Part shown: positions 49,798-61,751 of the stretch, piece by piece | How positions within the stretch are numbered: position 1 is the stretch's first letter | Layout of the letters: each line of letters starts with the position of its first letter | Origin: an uncultured Acidobacteriota bacterium | Lineage (GTDB): Bacteria > Acidobacteriota > Vicinamibacteria > Marinacidobacterales > SMYC01 | Assembly (NCBI GenBank): GCA_963815675.1 | Contig: CAWFHP010000006.1 | Coordinates: 448,360-512,359, forward strand | Length of the DNA: 64,000 nt | Direction of reading: 5' to 3' | Program-made: the position numbers and the translations under genes | Notes under the pieces: model-generated | Told to the model about the DNA's origin: nothing | Database searches by the model: none | What the model saw: only the letters and a program-made list of their open reading frames with translations

Positions 49798-51156
49798 TTA
49801 TTCGGAAACGAGCTCCGCGCGCCTCGTCGGATCGTGCTCGAGCACGTACTCGCCGAGGTGGGTGATCTGCTCTTCGCCCATGAGATAGCGCAGCGTGTTC
49901 TTCAGCTTGGTGAGCTGGATGAACACGTCGTGCTCGGGGTAGAGACCCTCCGGAGTCATCGGGCTCTTGAAATAGAACGAGAGCCACTCCTGGATTCCCT
50001 TGAGCCCCGCCCGCTGCGCGAGGTCGAAGAACAGCGCCAGGTCGAGTACGAGCGGTGCGGCCAGGATCGAGTCGCGACAGAGGAAGTCGACCTTGATCTG
50101 CATCGGGTATCCGAGCCATCCGACGATGTCGATGTTGTCCCAGCCCTCTTTGTTGTCTCCCCGAGGCGGGTAATAGTGGATGCGGACCTTGTGGTAAAAG
50201 CTCCCGTAGAGGTCGGGGTAGAGATCCGGCTGTAGGATGTACTCCAGAACGGAGAGCTTGGACTCTTCTTTGGTCTTGAACGAGCCTGGATCGTCGAGGA
50301 CCTCGCCGTCCCGATTTCCCAGAATGTTCGAGGAGAACCAGCCCGAGAGCCCCAGCATCCGCGCCTTGAGACCGGGCGCGAGAATCGTTTTGAGGAGCGT
50401 TTGCCCCGTCTTGAAGTCCTTCCCGCCGATAGGAATGCCCCGATCGTAGGCGAGGTGCGTGAGGGCGGGAATATCCACCGTCAGGTTGGGAGCGCCGTTC
50501 GCGAAGGGGACCCCGCACTGGAGGGCGGCATAGGCGTAGATCATGCTGGGAGAAATGTCGGGAGAGCTCTCTTTGAGCCCCTTTTCGAAGCTGTCCAGGT
50601 CCTTGAGGACGGGGGTCCGCTCGAGGAAGGTCTCCGTGGAGGCGCACCAGACCATGACCGCGCGGCTCGCCCCGGTCTTTCGCTTGACCTCGCGAATGTC
50701 CTCCATGAGCTGCTCGGCGAGGTCCATCTTCGTCTTGCCCGTCTTGACGTGGGTACCGTTGAGCCTCTTCACGTAGTTCTGGTCGAAAACGGCTTTCATC
50801 GGCTTGACCGCTTCGAGGTCGGGGCGGAGCTCGTCCAACAGATGGCGCTCCAGCACTCCCGCGTTCCGGGCCGACTCGTAAGCGTCGTCCTCGAAGATGT
50901 CCCAGGCGGCAAACGAGAGGTCGGCGAGCTCCGCGAGGGGAACGAAGTCCTTGATCATCGGAGCTCGTTTCTCCGTGCGTTTTCCGAGGCGGATGGTCCC
51001 CATCTGGGTCAGCGAGCCAATGGGCTTCCCCAGGCCCTTTCGTACCGCTTCGACCCCGGCAATGAACGTGGTGCTCACGGCACCGAGTCCGGGCAAGAGG
51101 ACCGCGAGCCCACCTTCGGGCGCGCTCACTTCGAATCGCTTTTCCGTCGCCATCGC
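49798..51156 (-). CDS. ino1: myo-Inositol-1-phosphate synthase (archaeal/short bacterial type)
   Basis: Real start MATEKRFEVSAPEGG at 51156. MIPS core motifs are present (GGKDFKTGQT; NGAPNLTVDIPALTHLA). Confidence 0.8.
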   Translation of the reverse strand, partial: AMATEKRFEVSAPEGGLAVLLPGLGAVSTTFIAGVEAVRKGLGKPIGSLTQMGTIRLGKRTEKRAPMIKDFVPLAELADLSFAAWDIFEDDAYESARNAGVLERHLLDELRPDLEAVKPMKAVFDQNYVKRLNGTHVKTGKTKMDLAEQLMEDIREVKRKTGASRAVMVWCASTETFLERTPVLKDLDSFEKGLKESSPDISPSMIYAYAALQCGVPFANGAPNLTVDIPALTHLAYDRGIPIGGKDFKTGQTLLKTILAPGLKARMLGLSGWFSSNILGNRDGEVLDDPGSFKTKEESKLSVLEYILQPDLYPDLYGSFYHKVRIHYYPPRGDNKEGWDNIDIVGWLGYPMQIKVDFLCRDSILAAPLVLDLALFFDLAQRAGLKGIQEWLSFYFKSPMTPEGLYPEHDVFIQLTKLKNTLRYLMGEEQITHLGEYVLEHDPTRRAELVSE

Positions 51157-51295
51157 CACTCCTGGAGAAGAATCGTTTCTCCCGCAACGTGCGGAAGATG
51201 AAGAGGCAGATTTTGACGCAGCCGCCGACGAGACGCAAGGGACGCCCCGGCCGGGCCGCGGCAATGCTCCAGCGAGTCATGTATACTCCGTATTC

Positions 51296-52148
51296 ATGAA
51301 AATCTCGACCGATCGCTGCGTCGCATGCGGGAACTGCATTCCCGTCTGCCCGGTGGGGGCGATCGACATCGATCCCGGCATCCACCGCGCCGTGGTCGAT
51401 CAGGACCGCTGTGTCGAGTGCTTCACCTGCTTCCGCGGGCTCTCCACCGAGCATCTGAACCCCACAATCGTGCGAACCCTCCGAAAGGTGCTGGGCTGGG
51501 CGCGGGTACGATTCGACCCGGAGCCCGACGTCTGCCCCACCGCCGCCATCGAGCCTGCAAGAGCTCTCCTGGCCTCGCATCGTGCGCCGGGCGTTCAGCG
51601 ATCCGCTCGTGCCCCACGAGAGCACGGGCATTCACGGCCGGGGAACGGAAGAGGTCAAGACCAACGACGTTACCCATCGTGTCGGGGAGGGCGAAGCGGG
51701 CTTCACCGTCGAGTTCGGCCGTCCCACGGTGTCCGCCCGTTTCCGGGACATTTCCGTCATGACCGAGGCCCTGGCGAAGCTGGGTGTGACGTTCGAGTCC
51801 AACAATCCCGTCACCCACCTCATGGTCGACCGCTCGACGGGAAAGATTCGTGAGGACATCCTCGACGAGCGCGTTCTCTCTGCCATCGTCGAGATCAAGA
51901 CGAGCCTCGACCGGGTTGCCGAGATCCTGCGGACGGTGACCGCGGTCTCGAAACGGCTCGATACCATCGTCTCCATCGGGGTCTCGACCCGCTGCAACGC
52001 CAATGGGAGGAGCGCCCTCGAGGACGTGCTGCGAGCCGAGGGATTCCCCTTCTGGAGAGGCAAGACCAACCTCGGGCTCGGGCGTCGTCCCGCGCCTTCC
52101 GATGCCGCCCGCGCCGGAGCGGAAGCGGTCACGGCTCCTTCGCGCTGA
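51296..52148 (+). CDS. 4Fe-4S dicluster ferredoxin-domain protein with a C-terminal domain of unknown function; apparent frame change near 51570
   Basis: Two Cys clusters (CVACGNCIPVCP; CVECFTCF). The C-terminal ~180 aa continue in ORF 51582..52148. Confidence 0.5.
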
Positions 52149-52828
52149 TGACGAACACTCTCCATCGCTACGGCCTGCCCGAGTCTCTCGAGAACGATTT
52201 CATCGTCTTCGCCATGGCGGCCCGGGGAGTGAACGATCAGGGATCGGTCGAGAAATTTCAGGAGTTTCTCCGCGTCGCCCGCAAGCACCGGCCCGTCAAT
52301 CTCGGGGACGCCACCAAGGGCGGGGTCTATCGACCGTCGAAACGCCTCAATCCACTGGCCCACTGGTTCAGAAGAGACGAGCGGGATCCCGAGGACCTCG
52401 TCCGCGGTGTGAACCAACCGACGGTCGTCTCGGCGGTCTTCGACAACAAGGAAGACCTCGAGAGCTTTCTGAGAGAGGTGAAGGCGGCGGACCTCGGACT
52501 CTCCATCAATATTAGTGCGCTCACCGATCGGGCCGACGAGGTCGCGAGCCAGGCGGGGATTACCCGCCACAGCGTCGAGTACTCCCTCGGTTTCTTCGGC
52601 GCTCTCGACAAGCTTCCCGACCGGGCGACGCTGTCTCTCGCCACGATGTGCGGCCACGGCATGATCTCGTTCAACTTCGCGAAGAAGATGATCGACTGGG
52701 TCAAGGAAGGACGCCGGTCGCCGAAAGAAGCTTCGACCTACATGGCGCGTTTCTGCACGTGCGGCATCTTCAATACGACCCGCTCCTGCACGATCCTGAA
52801 CGATTGCGCTCATCGGAAAACCGACTGA
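52148..52828 (+). CDS. Hypothetical protein (226 aa), translationally coupled to the ferredoxin-domain gene
   Basis: Clean ORF with the start overlapping the upstream stop. Conserved-looking Cys/His pairs (MCGHGM; CTCGIFNTTRSCTILNDCAH). Confidence 0.45.
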   Translation: MTNTLHRYGLPESLENDFIVFAMAARGVNDQGSVEKFQEFLRVARKHRPVNLGDATKGGVYRPSKRLNPLAHWFRRDERDPEDLVRGVNQPTVVSAVFDNKEDLESFLREVKAADLGLSINISALTDRADEVASQAGITRHSVEYSLGFFGALDKLPDRATLSLATMCGHGMISFNFAKKMIDWVKEGRRSPKEASTYMARFCTCGIFNTTRSCTILNDCAHRKTD

Positions 52829-53137
52829 CTTCCTTGCTCACCGCGCTCACCGGCCCGCGGTCTCCGTCCCATGAGTTAAGATACCGGCGAGGGGTTGGAG
52901 CTCCATGAATCTGGCCTGGAAACGGCTCGATGCCGAGGCTTCGGCCGTCGAGCTCGACGCCGAGGCTTCCCCGGACGAACGAATCGCCGCACCCCTTTCC
53001 GAGTCGGCGCGGCCGTGGATACTATGGCTCGGTGAGGACGACGCGGCAGCCGAACGAGCGGCTCGGCGCTTCCTGAAAGCCGTGCACGAGACGTTGCTAT
53101 AGTCTCCCCGCCGGCGGAGCTTCCGCTTCCCCTCGCC

Positions 53138-54314
<1,177 letters not shown>

Positions 54315-54335
54315 CACTGAGTAGGAGAGGAGAAG

Positions 54336-55458
54336 GTGCTGACGCTCGAGCAGGTTCGGCGTCTCAAGGAAGTTCTTCGCGCGACCTCCGCGCCCCTCTC
54401 CTTCGAGAGCTTCCCGAGCTTCGCCGAAGCGGTCTTGAACCCTCTCATCGATCTCGTCGGCGGCCAGGGCGGGAATCTCTACATTACCGACGTCAAGGCG
54501 AGCCAGAAACCCCTCTTCCTCTGGCACACGTACGATTGCGGCCTCGTACCCGAATATCAGGGCCGGTTCTTCAAAGAGTCGCCGATTCACCTCATGGTGC
54601 CCAAGCGCATCCGGGTCGGACAGACGTGCCAGTACGTCGACTACGATCAATTCATGACGACGGCCTTTTACAACGAATTCCTCGCTCCCCGGCGGATCCA
54701 CCACATGGCGACTCTCATCGCCCGGCTCCCCGAGCAGGGACGAAGCGAGGGAGGCCTCGGTATCCTCGGTCTGCACCGTGATCCGGAGCACGAAGCCTTC
54801 TCGGCCGACGAGCTCGAGATCCTGGATTTCCTCTACAACCCCGTGGAAGGGGCGCTCCACACGCTTCTTCTCGCCGGGAGCGAGAGACAGCACCTCGAGC
54901 AGGCCTTCCGCGCTCTCCCCGTGGGCGTTCTGGTGCTGAACTGGAAGCTCGAGAGGGTTTACACGAACCCGGCGCTCGACGAGGCGTTCGGTGAACAACG
55001 AGCTGACAACGTGCGAATGCGCGGGGATTCGCGCGCTCGCGGAACGGGTTCGGGATCGATATCTGGAACAACCCGCCGGCGAGCCCGAGCCCCAGGCGGG
55101 GCCTCTGCGGGTGTACCGGAACGATCGACACTTCGTCGTACGAGCAACGGTGCTGCCGGAAGGGTTGATGAGCGCCCGGCCGCATCTTCTCTGCCTGTTC
55201 GAGGAGCCCCGGGGATCGTCGCTCGCTCGTCCGAATCGCCCGCAGATCCAGCAGGCCTTCGGCCTCACCGATCGCGAGGCCGAGGTCGTTTGCCACTGTC
55301 TTTTGGGCCTCACCAACCGGCAGATCGCGGCCGAGATGAAGATCGCGACGGAAACGGTGAAACATCACCTCAAGAGAGTCTTCGAGAAGACCGGCGTCGT
55401 CCGCCGCTCGCAGCTCGCGGCGATGCTTCAGAGGACGGACGAAAGCGAGCGCCCTTGA
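54336..55458 (+). CDS. LuxR-family transcriptional regulator (N-terminal sensory domain + C-terminal HTH); apparent frame change near 54990
   Basis: C-terminal LuxR HTH LTDREAEVVCHCLLGLTNRQIAAEMKIATETVKHHLKRVFEKTGV lies in ORF 54991..55458. The N-terminal ~220 aa are in ORF 54336... Confidence 0.65.
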
Positions 55459-55492
55459 TGTCGCCCACGATCGCGGGAGAGACTGTAGCAGG

Positions 55493-56795
55493 ATGAATCG
55501 TCGCGACTTCTTCAAGCGGGCGGGAGCACTCGGGGCGTGTACGTTGCTCCGGCCACGCAGCGGCGAGTGGATTCCCGGGCGTGCGACGACCTTTCCCGAA
55601 GGCCCGGGGTTTCGGACGAAGCATCTCGTGACCATCCTTCTCGGAAACGGGGCCCGGCGCATCGACGTCATCGACAACCCGGCGCAGTGCCCTTTCCAGT
55701 CGAAGATGGCGGGGGAGGGAACCCTCTTCGTCGAGGACTACGGGGAGACGGTCAACCTCCACGGTTACATGTACAGCGAGCTCCTCACCGGCCGCGACGC
55801 GCCGTCCCAACGTCCCCTCTTTCCCACCTGGAACGAGTACGTTCGGAAAAAGACCGGCGCTCGCGCCTCCGACTTCTGGATGCTCCAGGGGGCTTCGTAC
55901 TACCGGGCGTGGGCCTGGGACGTGAAACATTTCAGCAATCATCCCGACTATGGCATTCGCTACGGCGCCACGAGCCTCACGATGTCCAAGCTCTTCGCGA
56001 ACGGTGGCAGACGCTCTCCCCGCGAGCTCTACGCTCTCAACGTCGAGCCAGGGCTCGGACACAGCGCGAGAGAGCGCGGGAGGATCGAAGAATGGATCGC
56101 GGACGTTCTCGCGAGTCGGTCGTACGAGCTCCCCTCGACGACGAGACCCGTCATCGAGCGTCCCTTCCCGATCGGCGACGCCCAGGCGATCGTTCTCGCG
56201 GGGAAGATTCCTCCGTGACTTCAAGCCGAAGATGGTCACGGTGCAGCTCCTGGCTCTCGATGACGCCCACTCCGATTTCGGCAGCGCGGGCGGCGAGACC
56301 GGATTCGAGACCTACCTGCGGCATCTCGGAGCGCTCGACGAGCTCATCGGGAGGCTATGGGCGGAGATTCAGTCGGATCCAGAACTGAAGGAGACGACCG
56401 CCCTCATCATCCGCCCCGAGTGCGGTCGCGACGAGGAGGTGGACCGATACGGACAGCTCGGCCACAGCCCCGGGGACGACCACGCGCACAGCGTCTGGAC
56501 GAGTGCCCTCGGTCCCGATTTCGAGAGGGGACGAGTCGTGCGGGAGCGCGTCGAACGGCGGGACCTGGCTCCCACCATCACGTATCTGATGAGCGGCGGG
56601 ATCGCTGAGTACGCCACCGGACACGTCCGGACGCAGCTCTTCCGGGACCCAGGCGGGATTCCCGCGTACATTTTCCCTTCCGTCGGCCGAGAGGCTAGAA
56701 ATGAGAAACGCGGTGGTGGTAGACTAAGAGTGCTATTATCGAGGACCCACGCCCAGTCGGCTCGGGCTCCGACTATCGAGGAGTACCAGACATGA
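55493..56795 (+). CDS. Tat-secreted DUF1501 (sulfatase/phosphatase-fold) family protein; apparent frame change near 56205
   Basis: Tat motif MNRRDFFKRAGALGA. C-terminal DUF1501-like block (IIRPECGRDEEVDRYGQLGHSPGDDHAHS...DLAPTITYLMSGG) lies in ORF 55950..56795. Confidence 0.55.
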
Positions 56796-57064
56796 AGGAC
56801 GATCTGACACGCCGAGACTTTCTGAAAGCCGCTGGACTCGCCGCCGCCGGTGTTGCCGGCGCCGCGGTCCTCTCCCGCACCGCCGGGGCGCAGGAGCAGG
56901 AACCGAAAAAGGACGCGGATCCGGAGCAGAAGAAAGACGACAAGCCGCCCGAGGACAGCACTCCGCAAGAAGAGACCCGGGCTTGCCCGCAGTGCGGCGC
57001 CCTCATGTACAAACAGGGCCGAACCTGGACCTGCGAGAACTGCGGATACAGCTACGTCGAGTAG
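56792..57064 (+). CDS. Small Tat-signal protein with a C-terminal CxxC...CxxC zinc ribbon
   Basis: MKDDLTRRDFLKAAGLAAAGVAGAA, a low-complexity Lys/Asp/Pro linker, then CPQCGALMYKQGRTWTCENCGYSY. Start overlaps the upstream stop. Confidence 0.55.
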   Translation: MKDDLTRRDFLKAAGLAAAGVAGAAVLSRTAGAQEQEPKKDADPEQKKDDKPPEDSTPQEETRACPQCGALMYKQGRTWTCENCGYSYVE

Positions 57065-57164
57065 CCCCGCAAATCGATTTTCTTCTCTGAATCGGGATAC
57101 GAGCCGGAGTCGCCAATAAGGCGCTCCGGCGTTTTCGTTTCCGCCCTCTCCCGCTCCCGCGAGA

Positions 57165-57992
57165 TCAGGGCCGCGGAATGAAGAGGTGACCGATGATCAG
57201 AAACAGGATCAGGCTCGCGCAGAGCGTGAAGTGGGGAGCGGTCAGGCGCGGGTAGCGCCAGAGCCAGAACTTCCCTTTCGGTTCCCGACCGTTCATCGCC
57301 ATCCTTGCGTAGAGGATCCGCTGCACGCTGATGAGGTTGGTGAAGACGGTGAGTATCCAGAGGGTGATGTGGACGTTTCCCGCGAGCAGCCCGATGATGA
57401 TCGTAACCGTCCGCTCCGCCCGCTCCATGAATCCGACTTTGCACTCCGGAATGACGTTCTCCGCCCGGGCACGGATATAAGAGGTCGTGGCCGTCCCGGT
57501 CGCCGAAAATCCCCAGAGCACGAGGTAGAGCGTCCGCCCCGGCCCGTGAACGTACCGCAGCAGGTACATCAGGATGCCGAGCAGCATCAGGAAGTCGGTA
57601 TATCGATCCGTCACCGAGTCGAGGAAGCCGCCGAACGCGGTAGAGCGTCTCGAGATCCGTGCCACGGCTCCATCGAGCATGTCGAAAGCCCCGGCACAGA
57701 TGAGCACCACGCCCGCGAGCCACTGAACGCCCTGGAACATCGGCATGAACACGAGGGAAACGGCGACGGGACCGGTCAAGGTGACCGCGTTCACCGGGAT
57801 CCCCGCGCGGATGATGCCGCGGGCAATACTGTCTCGCAGGAAGCCGAAGACACCTGCCACCGCCTTCGAAAGAGCGATGGCGATCGAACGGAGGATCTCC
57901 CTCAAACCCGGTGGCTGCGGAAGAGTGCTCTCCTTGACGCCCAACTGTTCTCCTTTGGTGGAACGTGTCAAAACGCCCATGCACTTTACCAT
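57165..57992 (-). CDS. CDP-alcohol phosphatidyltransferase (phosphatidylinositol-phosphate / archaetidylinositol-phosphate synthase-like)
   Basis: Signature D-x2-DG-x2-AR...G-x3-D-x3-D reads FDMLDGAVARISRRSTAFGGFLDSVTDRYTD. Multi-TM. Confidence 0.8.
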   Translation of the reverse strand: MVKCMGVLTRSTKGEQLGVKESTLPQPPGLREILRSIAIALSKAVAGVFGFLRDSIARGIIRAGIPVNAVTLTGPVAVSLVFMPMFQGVQWLAGVVLICAGAFDMLDGAVARISRRSTAFGGFLDSVTDRYTDFLMLLGILMYLLRYVHGPGRTLYLVLWGFSATGTATTSYIRARAENVIPECKVGFMERAERTVTIIIGLLAGNVHITLWILTVFTNLISVQRILYARMAMNGREPKGKFWLWRYPRLTAPHFTLCASLILFLIIGHLFIPRP

Positions 57993-58120
57993 ATTTTCTT
58001 GCCGCTCCGCCGCGTGCGACCCGGGCCCGAGGACGGCGCGTCTCCCCGGAAGCTTTACCTGCCGTTCGGGTTAGAATCGAGCTCGTGACCTCTTCCACAC
58101 CGGTTGCAAACGCGGCGGCG

Positions 58121-59045
58121 ATGCCGCTGGTGATCGTCAATCCTGCCTCTCGTGGAGGAGACGCGGCGCGGGACTGGCCCAAGGCCGCGGTCGCGCTCCG
58201 TTCCCATTTCGGCGCGTTCGAGTGCCGCTTCACCGAGCACCCGGGCCATGCGGTGCGCATCGCCCGCGAGGAAGCCGATCGAGGGCGAGCGCTCGTCCTC
58301 ACGTTCGGCGGCGATGGCACCATCTCCGAGACCGCGCGGGGAATTCTGGAATCGGGAAAGCCGGTGGAGCTCGGGATCCTGCCCCACGGAACGGGAGCCG
58401 ATCTCGTTCGCTCGCTCGCTCTTCCCACGAGGACGGCGGACGCTGCCCGGGCGCTGCAGGCGTGGAAAGACGGTCGCGATCGACGTCGGCCGCGTCGTCT
58501 TCGCCGACGGAGAAGAAAAGACCTTCATCAATTCCGCATCCTTCGGGCTCTCGGCGGAAGTCGCGCGGCGGATGAACGGGCGGGACCGCCGAAGCTACGC
58601 GACGGAAACGGTCCGGGCGGCGCTCGACTACGGTTTCCCCGAAGTCGCGATCTCCGTCGACGGAAAGCCGGGCCGCCGGCTGAGGGTCACCACCGTTTCT
58701 CTTCACAACGGACGCTTCTTCGGCGGCGGGATGAAAATGGCCCCGGAGGCGAGTGTCACGGACGGACGACTCGACGTGGTGGTGGTCAAGAAGATGCCAG
58801 TCACCCGGCTCCTTCGTCATGCCCCGCTCCTCTACGTCGGGGCGCACCTCGGGCTCGCGGAAGTGGAGCACGGTCAGTGCTCTCGGCTGGAAGCCTTCCC
58901 GACCCGTCCGGGAGAATCGATTCCGGTGGAAGTCGATGGCGAAGTGCATCGCTCCCTCCCCGCGATCTTCGAGGTCCGACCGCGAGCGCTTCGTTTGAGG
59001 ATTCCGTTCTTCGACGTCGCGAGTCATCGGACGGGCATGCTATAA
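58121..59045 (+). CDS. Diacylglycerol-kinase catalytic-domain lipid kinase (YegS/BmrU-like); apparent frame change near 58460
   Basis: N-terminal part (MPLVIVNPASRGG...TFGGDGT) in ORF 57965..59059. C-terminal part in ORF 58152..59045. Confidence 0.65.
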
Positions 59046-59046
59046 T
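59041..59046 (+). promoter_or_regulatory. TATAAT -10-like hexamer overlapping the lipid-kinase stop codon, ~190 bp upstream of the thrS-like ATG
   Basis: Exact TATAAT. No convincing -35 element was checked. Confidence 0.25.
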
Positions 59047-59174
59047 CCATTCGACATGAAGCTTCGAGGGACGTGGACGACCGGGCTCACTAGCGGGGCC
59101 ACGGCTCGTTCCATGCCTCGATAGCCGCGAGCCGTGGCCGCAACCCGAGAGGGCGGGCGACCACACGAGAAGTA

Positions 59175-59196
59175 GGCGCCTCCCGGCGCCTTTTTT
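59175..59196 (+). terminator. Rho-independent terminator-like hairpin (GGCGCC-TCCC-GGCGCC + T6), either the lipid-kinase terminator or the terminator arm of a thrS-like leader/attenuator
   Basis: Perfect 6-bp GC stem and U6 tract. A 12-bp perfect stem-loop (59096..59139) lies immediately upstream. Confidence 0.6.
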
Positions 59197-59234
59197 GTTG
59201 CCCTCCCCAATCCACGACCAAATGGAGGGAAATC

Positions 59235-60483
59235 ATGTCCGAGAACCATTCCGTCGAGCGTGAGCCGGGGCTCTCCCTCGACGATCATCGAAGAATCGGC
59301 CGCGAGCTCGACCTGTTCTCGTTCGCGGAAGCGGTCGGGCCCGGCCTCGCACTGTGGCACCCCAAAGGGGCACTCGTCCGTATCGGCCTCGAGGACTACT
59401 GGAGAAAGGAGCACCTCGCTCGAGGATACGATTCTCGTGTACTCGCCTCACCTCGGCCGGAGCACGCTCTGGGAGACGAGCGGCCACCTCGACTTCTATC
59501 GCGACTCGATGTACGCGCCGATGACGGTCGACGAGCAACGCTATTACGTGAAACCGATGAACTGCCCGTTTCACATGCAGATCTTCGCGTCGAGGCGTCG
59601 TTCCTATCGGGAGCTCCCCCTCCGCCTCGCCGAGCTCGGGACGGTCTATCGATACGAGCGAAGCGGTGTCCTGAACGGGCTGTTGCGTGTGCGGGGGTTC
59701 ACGCAGGACGACGCGCACATCTTCTGCCGCAACGATGAGGAAGGGGAGCTCGAAGAGGAGATTGCCGGAGTTCTGCGGTTCATCGTGGAGTTTCTCGAGG
59801 CCTTTCGCTTTCGGCGTCTCGCGTTCTCGCTGAGCACGAGACCCGAGAAATCCGTGGGAAGCGAAGCCCGCTGGGTCGCCGGGGAAGCCGCCCTGGCACG
59901 GGCGCTCGAGAGGGTGGGCCGCTCGTACGAAGTCGACGACGGCGGCGGAGCTTTCTACGGACCCAAGATCGACGTCCACGTCGAGGACGACCTCGGCCGT
60001 CCCTGGCAGCTCTCCACGGTCCAGGTGGATTTCAACCTGCCCGAGCGGTTCACCCTCGGGTACGTGGGCCCGGATGGTCGAGAGCACGTTCCCTTCGTCG
60101 TCCATCGGGCAATCTTCGGATCGCTCGAGCGCTTCTTCGCCATCCTCGTCGAGCACTATGCCGGCGCATTCCCCCTCTGGCTCGCTCCGCTCCAGGCCCG
60201 CGTCCTTCCCGTGGCCGAGCGGCACCAGAAACGAGCGAGAGACGTCGAGGAGCTCCTCCGGCGCGAGGAGCTTCGGGTGGATGTCGACGCGCGAGGTGAG
60301 CCGCTGGGCGCGCGGGTGAGGGACGGCGAGCGCGAGAAAGTTCCCTATCTCGTCGTCATCGGCGATCGAGAGATCGCTTCCGGCTCGATCTCCGTCCGGA
60401 AACGGGGCGGGTCACCGAGCGAAAGCGTCGAGCTTGCACCCTGGATCAGCGCGGTCGCGGAAGAGCAGCGGAAGAGGCTTTGA
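59235..60483 (+). CDS. Truncated threonyl-tRNA synthetase (catalytic + anticodon-binding domains only, no N-terminal TGS/editing domains); apparent frame change near 59425
   Basis: Starts at [14 protein letters not shown], the first motif of the class II core. Core motifs in ORF 59260..60483 (FRDSMYAPM; [13 protein letters not shown]; GPKID; HRA) plus a C-terminal anticodon-binding domain. Confidence 0.7.
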
Positions 60484-61657
60484 CGGGTCCGCGCACGGAA
60501 GCGAGCACCCGCTCGAGCGCCATCTGCGGGTCCAGCGGCCGTTTGTCATAGATGTTCCAGCCGGTGAAGACGGCGATGACGTCGTACTCCGGAACGACGA
60601 AGAGGTACTGCCCTCCATACCCGCGGCAGGTTGGAGCATAGGACCGGGTGGCTCCCTCGTAGGGTGTGAGCCACCATTGGTAACCGTACCGAGCTCCGGA
60701 CTCCTCGCGCGATGGATTTACCGCGGGCGCCGTCGACTCTTGGACCCACCCCTCGGGAAGGATCCGCTGGCCGTCCCAGACGCCGTCGTTGAGATACAGG
60801 TATCCGATCCTGGCGAGATCGCGCGCGGTGAGATAGAGGCCGCCCTCGGTATCGGAAAGCCCTTTGGGGGTCTTCTTCCAGTACCAGCTCTCGATTCCCA
60901 GAGGTCGAAAGAGGTGCTCGGCGGCATAGGCGTCGGGATCTTTTCCCGTGGCCTTCAGAAGAATTTCCGCCAGAAGCTCGGTGACCCCGCTGTTGTAGAC
61001 GAAGGTGGTTCCCGGATCGGCGGCCATGGGCTGGTCGAGTACGAACGCGACCCAATCGTCACTCCCCTCCATGCGCGCGCAGCTGTTCTTCGGATCGGTA
61101 TAGCTGACGGTGCTCTCATCCCATTCGATGCCCGACGTCATCGTGAGCAGATGCCGCAAGGTCACGTTCCGCCACCGGTGGTCCGTGGGAAAGCGAAGGC
61201 CCACGAAATAGGGACGGATCTCCACCCCCACGCCGGGGATTCGGTCCGCGCCGATGGCGATACCGATGAGCGCCGAGGTCACGCTCTTGGAGACCGATTG
61301 CATGGTGTGGAGCGGACCTTTCTGGTACCAAGGATGCCAAGCGGGATCGTAGTAGTTGTAGATTCCGGGTTTGGAATCCTTCATCGCCGCGAAGAGACGA
61401 TCGTAGTCGCGGCGGTGATCGTAGGACTTCTCGTAGACGATGCGCCCGTGGCGGATGACGAGCATGCCGTCGACGTAACCGTGCGCTCCCGACGCGAGCT
61501 CCCGGTCGAACGCGTCGAGAACCGACGCGTCGACCCCCTCGTCCGCGGGCGACGCGGCGACGCTCCAGTCGTGAGTGGGCCAGACGCGCGCGGTCTGGGC
61601 CTGGGCCCCGGAAGCCAGAAGACTCAAAGCGATTGTCAAACGAGCCGAGCGGATCAT
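60446..61657 (-). CDS. Secreted serine hydrolase of the beta-lactamase/PBP4* (class C-like) family
   Basis: Signal peptide, SVSKS (S-x-x-K) active site, YNS-like and later GW motifs. Intact 403 aa. Confidence 0.75.
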   Translation of the reverse strand: MIRSARLTIALSLLASGAQAQTARVWPTHDWSVAASPADEGVDASVLDAFDRELASGAHGYVDGMLVIRHGRIVYEKSYDHRRDYDRLFAAMKDSKPGIYNYYDPAWHPWYQKGPLHTMQSVSKSVTSALIGIAIGADRIPGVGVEIRPYFVGLRFPTDHRWRNVTLRHLLTMTSGIEWDESTVSYTDPKNSCARMEGSDDWVAFVLDQPMAADPGTTFVYNSGVTELLAEILLKATGKDPDAYAAEHLFRPLGIESWYWKKTPKGLSDTEGGLYLTARDLARIGYLYLNDGVWDGQRILPEGWVQESTAPAVNPSREESGARYGYQWWLTPYEGATRSYAPTCRGYGGQYLFVVPEYDVIAVFTGWNIYDKRPLDPQMALERVLASVRGPVKASSAALPRPR

Positions 61658-61751
61658 CCTTGCGCCTCTCTTTCCCGTGGCCGGCTTTCGAGAATAAGAG
61701 CGGTTGCCGCGAAAGGCAAGTCTTCCGGGGCTGGATCAGGTGGAGATGCCG

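Noticed and set aside
47969-51631. 1,220-aa minus-strand ORF spanning the amidase gene and the region antisense to ino1
   Set aside because: Only the last 575 codons (from ATG 49696) are amidase. The upstream 645 codons are an Arg/Gly-rich read-through in the frame antisense to ino1. This is typical high-GC ORF inflation.
59040-59235. T-box riboswitch upstream of the thrS-like gene
   Set aside because: No AGGGUGGNACCGCG T-box sequence and no obvious specifier loop were found by eye. The region is kept only as an unclassified structured leader or terminator.
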